Program-made: the position numbers and the translations under genes
The notes under the pieces: generated by a model
Database searches by the model: none
What the model saw: only the letters and a program-made list of their open reading frames with translations
Told to the model about the DNA's origin: nothing
Shown here: positions 37,701 through 49,049 of the stretch, in pieces
Layout: the number at the start of each line of letters is the position of its first letter
How positions within the stretch are numbered: position 1 is the first letter of the stretch
Origin: Patellaria atrata CBS 101060
Taxonomy: Eukaryota
NCBI GenBank assembly: GCA_010093705.1
Contig: MU006096.1
Span: 828,004-892,003, forward strand
Direction: 5' to 3'
DNA: 64,000 nt

Positions 37701-38028
37701 AGCACTCAAATCTGTGATTATGAACGCGTGGCCGAGGATCCCGCAGTATAAAACTCCAGTGTTGAAGGGGCCTGTGCTGTGCTGGCTTAGGTGTCAGGAG
37801 GAGAGGAACGAGGGAAAGGTGTTGGAGGACGTGGAAAGAGAGTTGAAGGAGGTGATGGAGGTGTTTGGGGAAGCCATGAGGAAGGATAAGAAGTTTCCTG
37901 CTGAGGTCGCGGAGTTGGTGCAGGCGGATACGCGGTTGGGGGGTTTGGCGGGGAAGGAAGTGCCTTTTAGAACTGGCGTTGGTGCGGGTAAGGAAGGTGG
38001 GAGGAGCGAAGATGTGGTAGAGGTGTGA
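34788..38028 (+). CDS. CCA1: CCA tRNA nucleotidyltransferase fused to a C-terminal Tti2-like domain (1063 aa)
   Basis: RFAGGWVRDKLLG..DIDVA, DLVNLRKETY, EEDALRRDATINALFYN, DDPLRVLRLIRF. Intron 36556-36604 splices in frame into the ORF ending at 38028, which carries WPLLVPPILNILDD, TGLGEVF, YLPSLTPE and NAWPRI. Confidence 0.88.
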
Positions 38029-38649
38029 TTGATCGTGGGTGTGAGGTTGGGAAAATGTGTATTTGTATCGTTAATGTTGGTTATTCCCCTGAATTGTACT
38101 GGTTGGCGTTCCTCCACTGCTGCATGCTTGGTGGGTATGTAATGAATTCGAGTTGTACCTACAGTCTCCGATTCCGTGTAGTTCCATCCATCAGTACAGG
38201 ACAACCTCCCTCTTTCTATAGTCTACTTGATCTGTATCGTCCCTTGAATTTTCATATTCTCGTTGTACCGTACAGCACGGACATGGTATACCGTACGAGA
38301 AGACTATGCAGGAGGAAGGTTCATTCCAGGCTCAGCAGACCGTCGCGTATTCTTACTGTTTTCAGGAAAGTGTATGGTATTGGGCAAGCTTTACGGTATT
38401 GGGGAGCTGTACAATAATTGGGGTAATTATGCTATACTGTAATTAGAAAACTGTACGAGATGACCAGACTACCAAATAAGTATTTCTAAAATCTGCGTTG
38501 ATGTCCTATAGTCCCTATCGATGTACGCTATCATACCATGACTCGTAAAACTCGTCTCTGAAACGTGACGCACGAAACCCAGATCATAAATGCAAATAAA
38601 TATCCGCGACAACATATCCATACCACAACCCCATCTAGATTCCCTCCAT

Positions 38650-38749
38650 NNNNNNNNNNNNNNNNNNNNNNNNNNNNNNNNNNNNNNNNNNNNNNNNNNN
38701 NNNNNNNNNNNNNNNNNNNNNNNNNNNNNNNNNNNNNNNNNNNNNNNNN
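38650..38749. other. Assembly gap (100 N)
   Basis: Run of N; probably hides the 3' end of the adjacent HET gene. Confidence 1.
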
Positions 38750-40801
38750 CTCTCCCGTCGTCCCCCTCCGGGTCCTCCACCCCTCCACAACCTCCCCCTT
38801 CATGATCCCATGCACATAACACTCCCCCACCAAACTCCACTTGGCCTCCTTCCCCGTAACCCTGCGTAGCACAAACGGGACCTTCCCCCCAAACAGGACG
38901 ACGACCTTATCGTCCGGCCTCAGCACCTCAGGCCCGATACCAAAGTATCCCTTCGCGGTAACGAAAAAGCGACGCTGATCGCACGCCCACGCCGCGGCGC
39001 GGGAAAACGCCCCCGCGCTCCCATGCGCCGCCGCCGCGCGGAGGGAATCGAGATACGCCGCGTCCTCATCCCCGTCGGAGTCCGGGTGCGGCGAGACGGT
39101 GGAGGAGGCGCGGGACTTGTTACCAGGCTCGCAGGCCTGAAGCCAGTAGGCGGAGAAGTCGGCGGTGTGGTGGAGGACGTCTGGATCGGCGGGCTGCTGG
39201 CGGTCGTTGAGGCCGGCCGTCAGCGTGAGGCTGAAGACGCGGGTTTCGTTCTCCCGCGTCGGGTAGATGTGGTCGGGGGAGTGGGCGCCGCATTCTTTCC
39301 ACAGCGTAGCGACGGCGTGGGGTTTGTGGGTTGTGCGCCGGCGTGGGGGAGAGGTGGAAGAGGGGTGGATGGCGAAATCGCGGCTGCGGAGGGGCTTGCA
39401 GGCTTTGGTTATGGTGTCGAAGAGGAGGCCGCGAGTAATTAGGATGGACCAGGTGTCGGATTTGGTTGGGATGGGGGAGGAGGTGCCGGAGGCGGTGTAG
39501 TAGGATGATGAGGTGCCTAGGATATTGCAGTCGGAGTGCAGGTCCCAACGTGGGAGCCAGGAGGGGAAGTCGGCGTGGAGTTTGTCGTTGTGGGCGGTGC
39601 GTTGGACATGAGAGAGGAGGGCGAGGGATTTGGTTTGTGCGAGGAGTTTCACTGCGACTTCCCAGTAGATCTCGAGGACAGGTTTGGTGTAGTCGGGTTG
39701 AATCTGGCCAGGGGGTGTGGAAGCGCTAGGATGATCGAGGAGAGCGAAGACTTTGTCCCGCGGGTCGAAGGAGTTGTAATGGCGAGATCTTTGGAGAACG
39801 TCTAGGAAAGTGATATCGTCAGGTTCGACCCGGAAGCCTTGTGATAATTGTACGATGTTGTCGAGTCGTAACTGGTATTTTGCTTCTAATTGAGGAGCTT
39901 TTCTTATGATCCAAGATGCGGATATCACCAGCTCTCTCCAGTCGACTGCATAGTCTCCACACATTATTTCTGCTGACGACGCAACACCGATCTGTCGAAT
40001 GATAAAGATATCGTTAAACCACGCTCGACATAACAGATTAGACAACGCGTTCCATTTATGATCATCCGCGCGTGTAAGTTGATCTGGCGTTATCTCAGGA
40101 ATAGACTGAGTTGTCCTCTTCTTCTTCCCCTTCCCCTGAACCAAATCCAAGAAATGCGCATTCAACTCTTTGATCAATCCAAAAGCTAAATCCGCATCGT
40201 CATCCTCATTCTCACCCAACCAAACTAGCACATCGTCCGCATGGGTAAAGATATCCCCCATCAACATCATCTGCTGGCCCCTTTCTTTATCGTTTTTCTG
40301 ATCCATGCACACCTGATCCACCCACAGCATACGCGGTCTATTTTGCAGCCTAACCCTCTGCAAAGCAGCATACAAGTTCATCGACACTTCCAAGCTCTTC
40401 CCATTACACACCACTTCCTCCGCGTCTCTTGGCTCATCCGAGACATACGACACGGCCTCATACGGCGGTGCCCGATCAAGCTTAGCAAACCGTAACCTTC
40501 CAACAACCGGCTGCACACCCGCCCCTGGGTGCAGCTCAAACAGCCTAATCGTTCTTTCGTTAGGGAGCGGCTCAAACTGGTAACTATGGCCAGAGAGTCC
40601 GAAAAGCTTGAGCAAGCCCCCAATAAACATCATAGAAAATCCCAGAGATGCAATCGCGAACCCTATAGCCATCTGTGTGACGCCTATTAATATGATTTTG
40701 AGCCCCGGAAGCTTGTCCGACAAGTTGACCAGTGTTTCCAGGTCTTTGGTCCATCCTAAGGACGCATCGGCCAAATTCATGAAGGCCAGGTGGTCTTCCA
40801 T
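38750..40801 (-). CDS. HET-domain protein (HET-6-like); 3' end falls in the gap
   Basis: IRLFELHPG, YEAVSYV, LWVDQVCMDQ, DPRDKVFALL, PSWLPRW, RRFFVTAKGYFGIGP, GGKVPFVLR, LVGECYVHGIMKGE. Confidence 0.9.
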
Positions 40802-41358
40802 ATTGTTATGGAGGAAGAAGGTCTTCTACCTTCAGAATCTTTCATGAGGTAGAGGAATAAGCTGAAGTTCGTGTGCGTTACGCAGGCTTACCTTGTGCCT
40901 CGAAATGGCAAAATGTTGATATTAACAGAGACATAGATTGTTCATTACTTCTCGTTTAAGAGTATTTAAACATAAGCAACCAAAGGTATAGTTTCGCTAA
41001 GGATATAAAATTCCCCAAAACACACAACTAGGGAGAACCGGGTTTTTTACGTGGTCAAGCAGCCAGCAGTTCCAGAAATAGAACCAGGGAAACCTGAAAC
41101 TTCCGAGATATTACCGCGACCAAGGAAGTCAAGACACGCGACCATACCGTATGATTCAGATCTCAACATAATGGTCATCCGTTCTTTTACTCGGTGGACA
41201 TTTACATCTGATATTGACAATAATGCTTTTGTAATAGTAAGCTACCCTATTATCATATTAGGAAATTTCATCTCAACACCAGTATCACTTCTAACGCGAT
41301 ATTTACCAGGAGCCAGGTACCCATCTCTATACATACGGGGAAAATTGTTACAGCAGCC

Positions 41359-42943
41359 CTAACCCATCAGGCTCGATTCACTGGTTCCGGTGCCAGCTCC
41401 GTCAAGATCCTTGAGCGGTTCCTCTGGGACCCGAAACATTGGTATCTTTCGGGACGGTGGGGAAGCCAGTTCCTTCGGCAAGACTGTCGGACTCTTTCCT
41501 CTGCTTCTTTGGCTTGATGACGGGAGTTCCGAATGTGGTGGATCTCGGCTTTGGGATGACTGATCATTAATATTGGTGACTTTCGATCTTATGCTAGCAA
41601 GAGCTACTCCGTTGTTTTCGTACGGGCGGGCAGGGTCTATCGAACTATCTGAAAAGGACTTGTCGGCCGGTACTAGTGAGGGAGAGAGTTGAGAACTCTC
41701 AAATAGTGACGGCTGAAGGGAATGAGAATTGTCCGGTGTCCGTGATGTAACGTCTCCGTTTATGTTCGAGTGCCGTACATCTTTCTTCTCCTCTTCCGAG
41801 GGTGGTTTATTCCTTTTCTTCCGTGCTTCCGCTATTAGCTGTGAGAATTGATTTTGATTGTTCTTCGCCCATCCGGCACCATCAAAGTCCTTTCTCATGA
41901 CACTCGACGTAGAGACAGTGCCGCTGGGATTGAAGCCACCAGGTGCGTTGCCGCCCTGACTCCTCTCCCAGGTATCTAGCTCCTGGAGTAGTTCCCGCTT
42001 TGATCGTGGCTTTGAGGAATCACAATTAGAATTCCACAAATTCACCCACTCAATATGACGGCGTTGTAGGAGTTGACGTGGACCCCAGTTAGGAATTCCG
42101 GATTCCTTTATTTTCTTTCTTAATTGAGTCTCGTTTAGGAGGGAATAATTCAGCTGCGATATTCGTGCGGGAGGAGGTCTGGCATGCTGGTTACTTTGTG
42201 GGTCGAGGGATGTAGAGGGTTTTTTTGTAGTTGATCTAACGCAGTCAATCCACAAGTGCTACACATATCATCCTCCTTCAAGCTCCACTCGCTTACCTTG
42301 ACTGCACCTTCCCATTTTTCTCCTCTTCCATCTCTTCATCGCATCGTTCTAAGTGTTGGAAGACAGCCTCCTCTTTCATCCGCTTGTTACATATTGGACA
42401 TGCTACAAGGCCGTCATCCGGTTGATAGTCTTGGTCCGATTCAGGGGCAGTGTCCAGGTCTATGACCTCTTGAGAAGACGTTGCCGTTGCGTTCGCGCGT
42501 TTGGTCTGACTCCTGGTCGTACGCACCTTGCTCCGTCTTGCAATATTCTCGTGATGCTCATCTTCGATATCCGTATCCTCCAATTTTCTTTTCAGCGCTT
42601 TTCTACTCATAGAGCGTTCTGCCTGCCCTGACTCAGCCTGACGCGCCAACTTCAAAGTTGTAGGTCTCGCTTCTTTGAAAGCATCCACAAGTTCTTGTAC
42701 AGCCCAGTTTCGGCGCAGTTTGCTATCTTGGTCGCTAGCTCTACAGGCGGGACATTTGCCGTCCGATGCAAAGCATCGTCGTATACATAGCGAGCAGAAA
42801 GTGTGTGAACATGATGTTATCATAGGAGTATCGAAGAAGTCTTTGCAGACCTGGCAACGGAGAGCGTTATCGAGGCGTTCGAGCTTGGATAAGGATGTAT
42901 CGTGCCAATCCGAAGGGTCCGGTAGCTCGAAATTGCGGTCCAT
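41359..42943 (-). CDS. RAD18: Postreplication repair E3 ubiquitin ligase Rad18
   Basis: RING (CQVCKDFF...CSHTFCSLCIRR...CPAC), UBZ (CPIC...HLERC) and SAP (YSLLNETQLRKK...WVNLWNSNCD) domains; intron 42296-42236. Confidence 0.95.
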
Positions 42944-43930
42944 CGTCGGACGTGTATGTAAAATCGAGAAATATACGACACGAGTTTCGTCTCGGTGTTA
43001 ACCGCGACAAGGTTGAAGCGTGGGCACGTGACTGGAAAATATGATTGGTTGACTGCACTGACTATTTATAACACAAACCTTACCTTTACCCCTAATCCCC
43101 CTTGTCCATTAAGGTACGGTTTGAACATTCGAAGTCAGACACTCGGGAAAATTCACGTATGCGGAGAAGTTTCCTATTTATATATTAGGAAGGTTTACCT
43201 TAAGATCAAGATGTTCCGCTAGTTGATAAAAAGCACTTTCTTGACTGGAGACTGGTTTACTGATTTCAGCGCAGGTCAATCCACTTCGATTGAACTATTT
43301 CCCCCTTATTGAAGCACACATACCATACAGTGCAACTACAATCACGATTAACTCAACATTACATTTATGCCCGAATCAAGTATTGGAAAGGGGTTATATT
43401 CTGCGGTCCGCCAGTATGTGTTCAGCAAGCGTACAGCGATCCCACGGGTGCCGAAGATGATAAATGAACATAATCTCTATTCTATCATGTTGATATGGAA
43501 GATAATAGTACACGTATTCTACATAAGATATTCTAACAACTTATTACTGAATGTCTGTCAATAATCTTCAAGGACGCCCAACTAATCGACTACGCTGCCT
43601 GTACCTTCCCCTCCTTCTTCTTAACTTGTGCGTACATTTGCCCCTTCCCATACAGTTATCTGTCATTCTGCCCTTACACCAACTCCCTCCTCTTCTCAAA
43701 CCCTCTCTCACCCGTACTCATTTCTCTTTCATGAGAATCATAGCTCGCTGTACGCTCCCATCAACATGATATCCGACTTGACCGTACAAGTCGCGAAGAC
43801 CTCAAAGTTGGCTGGCGCCAAGAGTCCCCTAGGAGATGTACAGCATGCGTACAATTGACGGGTGGTGTTGGAACAGGAAAGGGGGAGCAAGCACAGTTAA
43901 GTCGGAGATACCGCGGAGGTGATATCCCGC

Positions 43931-46900
43931 TCAAGAAGTCGTGGCGGCAGTTTGTTGACTATTGAGTAGTGTAGCCAATGCCTCGTCTGATAGACTCTCC
44001 ACATATTCCCTCGTGAGCTGCGGGCTATCACCTAGCGCGATATCAACGTACATCTGTCTCGTAGTGGGTGACAGAACTGGGGTTGGTGTATCCGGTCGCG
44101 CTTCCTCACTGGCTTCGCTATCATCTTCCGCACTTCCATTCCCAGACTCCGCACTTCTATTCCCAGTCTTCGCATTTCCATTCCCAGTGTCTCCACTCTG
44201 GCGGTTCACGTGCCCTTCCATTATCGCAACTTGTCGCTCTATATCTTCCCGCTCTGAAATTTTTTCGAGATACACCTCGAGCGCTGGGACATTCTCAAAT
44301 TTGAAGGTTGCCGGGAAATGAACACCAGCCGACGGGAGATATTCGTCCAAGGTGAATTCGGAGCATTTGAAAAAACGATAGAGGAGCAAGAAGTCCAAAC
44401 CTCCGCTAACGGCCAAGTTTATCAGCATGGCCAACCGTGTGTAAAACATCATGGTGGGGTTGAAATCTTCATTTGGAGTCAGACCCAATGCAATTGCCCA
44501 GGCATTCGCTATAGTCATCCATCCACAGTCCCAATGAAATCGTTGCCTTGCACATTTCAGTTTTTCAGGAACTATTATGGTCCTGCCTTCGATCCACTTC
44601 GACTTGTGTAGCGCATTATGTGTCTCGTTAACAACCTGGTATATGGGTAATTTCCCCTTATGTGGTCCACTTTCGAGCTGGAACTCCTGGAGATATCTTG
44701 GCATAGTGTCTGCGATTCGCGCTCTGATCGGACGCGGATGCGTATCCTCGTCTCCAGGACTGTCAATGACTAATAAAACAATATGTCCTTTAGCATCATC
44801 CTCCTTTAATGCAGCTGCGACTGCATTCTGACCTCCTTCCAGGTTCTTCAGTTTTCCAAAGTCCGGTACAGTGTTCCAAACCCAAGGAAGGATAAGTGTA
44901 GACCCGGGTCGTATGGCCGGAGTAGACCTTGTTTGTATTATATTTTCCCGGCAAAATTGCAAGGCGTTAGGTCCTATAGCACTGAATTGATGGTTTCCAA
45001 TTACCGTTATAGCCTCTGTGACCGAAGTTACAGCCAATGCCACCTGCTGGTCGTCCAATAGACGTGTAGGCACATCAGGCGGCCCTGGGTCGTGAACTAG
45101 AGTTACCAAGTCTTTTCCGGTCGATGAAAGGGCCCTATTTATCTCGTTATCTAAGTCTTCGCATGGATCTTTGTTCGCCGCGCGCAAACGGCGCACATCA
45201 GCCAAGCTAAGTTTGGGTCCCAATGCCGGTCTGTCCCAGTGGTCTACCAAGTACTTTTCCAGGATAGCCGTCTCTGCTTCCCCAACGTCATCCGGATTCT
45301 TACAGAATATTTGTATCAGCCTCCTTATAAAGCGGTTTGTGGAGCTAGTAGGGGTGGATTGAGCTGAAGGGCTCGAGTAATCAGGCTCAAGCAGGTCTTC
45401 TAGTTTACTGCGTAATACGTCTGTTGAATCACTGGACCAGACGTCTACGCTGCACTCCACGAGGGCTCTTGTCATCATGTCTCGTGAGTCCCAAAACCTG
45501 TTTTGGAGGGCTTCGACGTATTGTGGATGACGAAGAGACTGTGTAACGGCTTTGAAAATATCAGGAGAACTGAGCGCTACAGTCGTATTGAAGGTCCAAA
45601 CATTCCGGTCCACTTTGTGCACATAATCGTGGCAGCGGAGAAAGGCGTAGAGAAGAGGGAAATCCAGTTCCCCATCAAGAGCTAGACCAATGATCTTGAT
45701 TGCTTCTGTGTAGAATCTGATTCCAAGGCGTCCCATCTTCTCATTGATCTTGAGCCTTGTAGCCGCAATCCAGCTGTTTACGATTGCGTAGATACCGGAA
45801 CTCCATGTTTGATCTTCAGATGTGGAGGGGTTTACAGGAAGTGGGTCTGCAAACGTGAGTTGGTATTCTTCCCGACGTCCTATCCCTGAAGGCCATTGGA
45901 GATTACGGAGGAGCGAAGTGAAGAAGTTTTCAATGGATTTTTTTCCTCCTTGTATAAGTTCAGACGGGTCTAATAAGTGGACCGTTATAGACGCTCCACG
46001 TTTATAAAATCTAATTCCAGTAATATGATTCTGGTCATCTGACAAAAATTCAAGAGGAAGAAATAGCTCCACGGTTGAACCAGTAGCGAATATCCTCACA
46101 TGATATCCGTCTTCCGCCAATTTCGCAGCAGCATGGTCAACAAGGCCTATGGGATAACTTGACTCACTGAGAGCTTGAGTGACAGTGGCAACAGCCCGTC
46201 GGACAAGTTCTAATTGTAACGGCTTCCCAATCTTGATTTTAGCAGATCCACTCGATACTTTCTTCTTCAATTCGCCACGAAGGTAAGTGCACGGATCTTG
46301 GTCGACTTCCTGGAGCTTTGATTCCCTAGCCCTAATATTTAAATCATCGGGTCCAGGCTCCACCGCCTCTTGTTCTGAAATAATTGGCTCTTGTGCTGGA
46401 GTAATTGGCTCCTGTTCTGGAGCAATTGGCTCTTGAGCCGGGGGTGTAGGGGATGCACCAGCCACCTCCTCATCGCCACCATCAACGCTAGCACTCTCCG
46501 TCAGTGGGTTTAGACAAACGTTCCTTGCAGTCGTACGAGCGTCGTCTACCCGTTGCGGGAGACGTTGAAGGACGTTCCGCGGATCCGGTCTGTAATGGTC
46601 CCCATATTTCTTAGGCCAAAAGAAAACAGCATGACCAAAGAATTCGATGACGCTGAAACCGTTCAACGGCCCAATGAGGGTACCGGTTCCGTCCTCGGAA
46701 ATCTGGTCAGCTTTTCTCTTTTTGGTAGAGGCTACCGGATCCGTTCCTCGCGCCGCAAGGTCTCGAACCACTTCACCATTGACCGTGGTGCTGGCCGGGT
46801 GGCTCGTACGCAGCCAGAAAGGGCGATCACTGTCAGGAGTGCCATTTCCACTTCTGGTACGTTTTTCACGATACTCCTCTGGGGTACCGCGTCTCACTAA

Positions 46901-47515
46901 CTCCAGGGTGGCATTGGTGAGTTCAGCTGAGACCTGTTGTCCAGCGAGTGTAATCCTTTTATTGTTAGAATTGTGGTCTAGGACGGTTGAGTTTACTTAC
47001 AACTGAAGTTTTATCTCATCGTCTACGGAAATGTTATTCAACCCACGGTTCTCACTGTTTGGCAGTGTACGTGACGGGTCGTCAGGAGGAATTCGGGGCA
47101 GGGGTTCGCAGTACGAAATTATGGCCCCGTCGTGCGCTAGCCGGTGAAGCTCCTCGGAGACGGGCTCTTCGACCGGTGTTAGCTTATTGGCTCTTCGTAG
47201 TCGTGCGTGCAAGCGTTGTGTGCCGAACTGCCAGTTACTACGCTGGCGCTGTACCCGCAGCGCAGCAGAAGGTTTGGTAAAGCCGTTTTCCTTGCTAAAA
47301 CCGTACCAGATATGCTCTGGAACGAGGGGTGAGGGCAAATCGCATTCTGGGGGAAATATAGGACGTTGGGAAAGTAGTTCTTCTCGATCTGTGCGGGCTT
47401 CGGTCTGTCTCTCAGACGTCTCTTCTTTTCGAGTCTCGGATCCACCCCGTGAAGTCGCCCTCTTCTTCTTGAACCCTTGCACCTTCTGGGTAGCCGGTTT
47501 CCGTTTAGGTGGCAT
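43931..47515 (-). CDS. Large hypothetical protein (1179 aa) with two tandem Ulp1/CE-clan-like protease domains
   Basis: A 45-nt intron at 47000-46956 joins the 172-aa and 988-aa ORFs in frame. Internal domain duplication; H...D...Q-x4-DCG motif in the second copy. Protease call is by motif only. Confidence 0.75.
46376..46440 (-). repeat. 21-bp coding tandem repeat (PAQEPIA/PEQEPIT/PAQEPII)
   Basis: Three heptapeptide units in the 43931-47515 gene. Confidence 0.85.
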
Positions 47516-48167
47516 TTTCCCTTGTAGATTTTGATATTCGGCTAGGAATTAAAGATGGGCTTTGTGGAAGGCAAATGAAAGTTCAAAGACGAATATGATG
47601 TCCATGATGGAAATATGGTCCACCCGTTTAATGACCCTGAATGAATTGAAGGAACAATGGAGTTGCCGGATGCGGTGTTCTCAGCAATGGAAAATCACCG
47701 AGCAATTGATATTTCATACAAATAAAGTCAAACTGAAAGAATAGCATGTTATAGAGAGGATGATGAATTCATTAAGAGGAATGCACTCTAGACTGCGAAA
47801 TTTGAGGAACAAACATAGAGTTCCGGTTTTGTAGTTGAGTCTACGTAGAAACTGTCAAGTCTTAGAAAGCGCTATCAAAAACCACCTATCCTGTCGTCGA
47901 CTAATGGATAAGTATGATATCGGGTTGATCTATGTAGTCGTCTTTGGATAAAGGCAAACAAGTAAAGAAATTCCTCGTGTTCTTCATTTTAAGTTATACT
48001 TTTGCTGATTCCATTTTGGGTGCAGGTAGCTCGCAAACTTCATGACAAGTCCTTTATTTGTTTCCTGCACGATTGCTCTATTGAAAGAGGGTTCTGCAAC
48101 ACAGTGAATACTATAATCCTATTTCAATGGAAAGTAGCAGATATCGGTTTTTCTTAATGGTAGGATA

Positions 48168-49049
48168 TCAAGTCATATACTTATCCATTACGTCAAATAC
48201 CACATTGTTCTTAACTTCACAATTACTATTATTGTATATGCAACCTAGTTCCTCCTCCAATTCTGTACCGATGTTTGACCCCATGTTTCGAATCATGTCG
48301 GCTGCTTGTACGCAAGACGTCGTTTGATCAGCCATAACATCGTGTTGCCAGTCGTCATTGTCCAGTGACTCGGGAACTAGCGGTCCTGGCATTATGGTAC
48401 CATTGCGATCTAATTCTTGATGGTGCGGATACGCTGAATCGTGGTTTCGATTTTGCGCACTATCGTTTTGAGAGACAGGTATGAGGTTGGTGGTTAGAAG
48501 GGGTGATCCGTTTGTAGTCAAGGGAAAGTCGGTATTCAGAGGAGATAGGACGGTTTGAGGGTGGGGCGACGTTGACATTTGGACCATACCTAGCGATATA
48601 AAATCTAATGGTATTGATGTTGCAGTTCGTTGGAGTTGGGGAGCGGATGAGCCGCACGTCAGGGTTCCATTACATGGTTTCCTAGTGCTTAGCAGGTTCT
48701 CCAAAGAGGTTGATGCTTGGAACGTGTTTGTCTCTTGTTCATCAACGAAGGTCTCTATCTCCTCATCAGGAACTCCCTTTTGTTTGAGCAATGCTCTTAG
48801 ACGCTTATTCTCTTCTAAGACGCGTCGGGCGGCCAATTGTATCTCAGCGCTTGCTTCTACGCCTAATTGCTCGCAGTTACGATATTTCCACTCTAACTCC
48901 TGTAGGTACTCCTTTCGACGAGCACGACTACGACGTTGGTTGTCACGGATACGGGCAAGGTGATCTTTCTAATGGTATACGTGAGCAGATGGGAGTCGGA
49001 TAGGCTGACGTGGAGCTGTAAATTCACTCACTGTCCCGTTCTCAGGCAT
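48168..49049 (-). CDS. bZIP-type transcription factor
   Basis: 18-nt exon 1, intron 49031-48969, then LARIRDNQRRSRARRKEYLQELE...ARRVLEENKRLRALL. Confidence 0.88.

Noticed and set aside
38469..38840. ORFs running through the N gap, including the HET C-terminal extension to 38531
   Set aside because: The frame across a placeholder gap of unknown size is meaningless.
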